DNA from: a virus
Lineage: Duplodnaviria > Heunggongvirae > Uroviricota > Caudoviricetes
Length of the DNA: 8,182 bases
Reading direction: 5' to 3' (one strand)
Virus record (IMG/VR): IMGVR_UViG_2695420732_000017
Shown here: positions 6,236-8,182 of the stretch, piece after piece
How the letters are laid out: the number at the start of each line of letters is the position of its first letter
Numbering within the stretch: position 1 is the stretch's first letter
The notes under the pieces: model-generated
What the model saw: the letters and a program-made list of their open reading frames with translations, nothing else
Database searches by the model: none
Told to the model about the DNA's origin: nothing
Program-made: the position numbers and the translations under genes

Positions 6236-6236
6236 T

Positions 6237-6365
6237 ATGGATTTCGACACAATCATGGAAAAGGCTTACGAAGAATACTTCGAAGGCCTTGCCGAAGGCG
6301 AAGAAGCTCTCAGCTTCAGCGAATTTAAACAGGCGCTTTCCAGCTCGGCAAAATCTAACGGCTGA
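6237..6365 (+). CDS. ydfB: YdfB-like small acidic protein, 42 aa
   Basis: ATG at 6237 is 1 nt after the ydfA-like stop (tightly coupled). The ORF was missed by the six-frame track because of its size. Translation: MDFDTIMEKAYEEYFEGLAEGEEALSFSEFKQALSSSAKSNG. Confidence 0.5.
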   Translation: MDFDTIMEKAYEEYFEGLAEGEEALSFSEFKQALSSSAKSNG

Positions 6366-6395
6366 TAAGCGAAAACAGCACCGCGAGGAATCAGT

Positions 6396-6614
6396 ATGCA
6401 GAAACGAGAACCCGTCATCATCGCGCCAGACTATACCGATGATGAACTTTATGAGTGGATGCACCAGAAAATTAATGCAGCGCAGGATCTGAAATGGGCC
6501 AATGAAGCCAGGGCTAAGCAGGCTGAAAATCTGTCCGCTCTGGAGCAGGATATCACCAATCTGGAAAAAGCAGCGGCATTAAGCATTGCCAGCATGATTA
6601 CATACCCGCGTTAA
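6396..6614 (+). CDS. ydfC: YdfC-like protein, 72 aa
   Basis: ATG at 6396 with GAGG 6-7 nt upstream. Its 72-aa size and position before the DicF locus match the Qin dicB operon. Confidence 0.6.
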   Translation: MQKREPVIIAPDYTDDELYEWMHQKINAAQDLKWANEARAKQAENLSALEQDITNLEKAAALSIASMITYPR

Positions 6615-6953
6615 TAGCTAACCAACGAAGCTAAGGTTGGTAATTAAGGAGTTCTCCACGGGTAAAGTGGAGTGCGTGCGCCGGACACGGGTGAACATCC
6701 GGCACTGACAGTTTACTGAAAGGATATTTCTCTGAAAAGTCAGAGCATAACGCGAAAGCGCACGGCGAGGTTGCTGGTTCATAGATAGCCTGTCGTTAAA
6801 TTTTCGTCGACCGTGCGCTTCCGGTTGTGGCACTCCGCGAAATGGCGCGGCGGTAAGTATGGCGGGGTTATTTCTTCCCCGTTGAGGACACCGGGTTGTC
6901 AGGTTGACCATACGCTTAAGTGACAACCCCGCTGCAACGCCCTCTGTTATCAA

Positions 6954-7012
6954 TTTTCTGGTGACGTTTGGCGGTATCAGTTTTACTCCGTGGCTGCTCT
7001 GCCGCCCTTTTT
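6954..7012 (+). ncRNA. dicF: DicF small regulatory RNA (Hfq-dependent antisense sRNA of the dicB operon) with its rho-independent terminator
   Basis: The sequence tttctggtgacgtttggcggtatcagttttactccgtggctgctctgccgcccttttt matches my recollection of E. coli DicF almost base for base. The 3' end has a GC stem (GGCGG...CCGCC) followed by TTTTT. It sits between the ydfC-like gene and dicB, as in Qin. Confidence 0.75.
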
Positions 7013-7181
7013 AAAGTGAATTTTGTGATGCGGTGAATGCGGCTATGCGCACGCGGAACAGTTAAAACCAAAAACAGTGTTATGGGTGGATTCTCTGTAT
7101 CCGGCGTTAATTGTTAACTGGTTAACGTCACCTGGAGGCACCAGGCACTGCATCACAAAATTCATTGTTGAGGACGCGATA

Positions 7182-7370
7182 ATGGAAACGTTATTACCAA
7201 ACGTTAATACGTCTGAAGGTTGTTTTGATATTGGTGTTCTGCTCAGTAACCGGGAGTTTACTGAAGATGCCATTAAGATGAGAAAATATGAACCTTATCT
7301 TCTCAATGATAATTCCATACTTTCCAGAATTGCCCTTCTTGAACTTGGTATTATCGGAGAACAGCAGTGA
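7182..7370 (+). CDS. dicB: DicB-like cell-division inhibitor (MinC-dependent), 62 aa
   Basis: ATG at 7182 with AGGA 7 nt upstream. The N-terminus METLLPNVNTSEGCF matches my recollection of DicB. The 62-aa size and position directly after DicF agree. Confidence 0.7.
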   Translation: METLLPNVNTSEGCFDIGVLLSNREFTEDAIKMRKYEPYLLNDNSILSRIALLELGIIGEQQ

Positions 7371-7555
7371 CTTCAGCGTTTGCACTGGTGATGACCGTTT
7401 TTCTTATAACGGGTGAGCCACAAAATGTGATTACCGGAATTTATGACAGTAAGTCATCCTGCATTCAGGTAAGGGACGAACAAAAAATCCCCGGTGAATG
7501 CCTCCCGTTAAAAAAAGTATTGCTGTACCTGAATAACGAAACGCCGGCTGGATAA
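7367..7555 (+). CDS. ydfD: YdfD-like small membrane protein (lysis-associated in Qin), about 62 aa
   Basis: GTG at 7367 overlaps the dicB TGA (GTGA coupling); an alternative ATG lies at 7391. Hydrophobic N-terminal segment AFALVMTVFLITG. Position after dicB matches Qin ydfD. Confidence 0.55.
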   Translation: MTSAFALVMTVFLITGEPQNVITGIYDSKSSCIQVRDEQKIPGECLPLKKVLLYLNNETPAG

Positions 7556-7650
7556 ACCTCCAGCCATATTAACGCCATACCAACGGATTAAAAATGCCAG
7601 CAATGGCAGGGATTTATTCATCCTTAAATCTGTCATGAGGTTAAAACAAA

Positions 7651-8182
7651 ATGAGTAAAGTCTTTATTTGCGCCGCTATTCCTGACGAACTGGCAACAAG
7701 GGAAGAAGGCGCTGTGGCTGTAGCCACAGCCATTGAAGCTGGCGACGAACGCCGTGCTCGAGCAAAATTTCACTGGCAGTTCCTGGAACATTATCCGGCT
7801 GCTCAGGACTGCGCTTATAAATTTATTGTCTGCGAGGATAAACCTGGCATACCCCGCCCTGCCCTCGATTCATGGGATGCTGAATATATGCAGGAAAACC
7901 GCTGGGATGAGGAGTCTGCTTCTTTTGTCCCGGTTGAGACTGAATCCGATCCGATGAACGTCACTTTTGACAAGCTGGCCCCTGAAGTACAGAACGCTGT
8001 CATGGTTAAGTTCGACACATGTGAAAACATCACCGTTGATATGGTGATTAGCGCACAGGAATTGTTGCAGGAAGACATGGCAACATTCGACGGACATATC
8101 GTTGAAGCGTTGATGAAAATGCCAGAAGTTAACGCCATGTATCCGGAGCTTAAGCTGCATGCCATCGGGTGGGTTAAGCATA
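7651..8182 (+). CDS. Hypothetical acidic prophage protein, 3' end beyond the window (at least 177 aa); possibly YdfE-like
   Basis: ATG at 7651 with GAGG 10 nt upstream. Hand translation (MSKVFICAAIPDELATREEG...) runs without a stop to the window end. The six-frame track omits it because it has no stop inside the window. Confidence 0.6.
   Translation, partial: MSKVFICAAIPDELATREEGAVAVATAIEAGDERRARAKFHWQFLEHYPAAQDCAYKFIVCEDKPGIPRPALDSWDAEYMQENRWDEESASFVPVETESDPMNVTFDKLAPEVQNAVMVKFDTCENITVDMVISAQELLQEDMATFDGHIVEALMKMPEVNAMYPELKLHAIGWVKH

Noticed and set aside
5380-6492. Minus-strand and alternate-frame ORFs 5380-5562 (-), 6025-6252 (-), 6183-6464 (-) and 6232-6492 (+)
   Set aside because: They overlap the repressor and ydfA/B/C-like genes on the opposite strand or frame, with no start signals. 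Treated as frame shadows.
2425-6614. P4-like satellite (defence hotspot between psu and int) as the context of the island
   Set aside because: The neighbouring genes are lambdoid (Cro-like YdaS, YdaT, O-like initiator with iterons, dicB operon with DicF), not the P4 alpha/primase, sid, delta or psu set.
6618-6953. 111-aa minus-strand ORF
   Set aside because: Arg/Pro-rich low-complexity translation, no ribosome-binding site, and it lies antisense within the structured DicF leader. Likely a chance ORF in GC-rich structured DNA.
6615-7180. Retron-like msr/msd ncRNA suggested by the dense inverted repeats
   Set aside because: No reverse-transcriptase gene follows; the downstream genes are two 62-aa ORFs. 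The 3' part matches the DicF sRNA and its terminator instead, so the structures are better explained as a DicF precursor leader.
7043-8181. ORFs 7043-7273 (-), 7194-7385 (-), 7733-7957 (+), 7815-8165 (-) and 7870-8181 (-)
   Set aside because: They are antisense or out of frame relative to dicB, ydfD and the long plus-strand ORF starting at 7651. Their translations are Ser/Cys/Leu-rich and low-complexity.
1-8182. CRISPR array, tRNA or rRNA genes
   Set aside because: No regularly spaced direct repeats with unique spacers, and no cloverleaf-compatible segment with a GTTCGAATC-type T-arm motif, were found. The iterons at 3912-4052 are irregularly spaced and lie inside a coding sequence, so they are origin repeats, not CRISPR.

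Overview
Internal segment of a defective lambdoid (Rac/Qin-type) enterobacterial prophage, with a foreign low-GC insert at its left edge. No database search was possible, so all family assignments rest on reading the sequence and on recalled family signatures. Left to right: (1) the 3' end of an IS3-family transposase (1-363), truncated by the window. (2) An AT-rich ~2-kb island (about 400-2424) carrying two convergent genes whose 3' ends overlap by 41 bp: a 365-aa protein that looks like the Beta-protein/sce7725 family (484-1581, +) and a 192-aa protein with a PD-(D/E)xK nuclease-type motif set, sce7726-like (1541-2119, -). This pair is the best candidate for an undescribed accessory system, most plausibly phage defence. 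(3) A minus-strand prophage operon: Cro-like YdaS, YdaT, an O-like replication initiator with origin-type iterons inside its coding sequence, and three small genes with overlapping stop/start codons. (4) An HTH repressor gene (5285-5761, +) flanked by two mirror-image promoter-operator modules that share an exact 20-bp element. (5) A Qin-type dicB operon: ydfA/ydfB/ydfC-like small genes, a hairpin-rich ORF-free leader, the DicF sRNA with its intrinsic terminator, dicB, ydfD, and a partial downstream ORF. No rRNA, tRNA or CRISPR array was seen.
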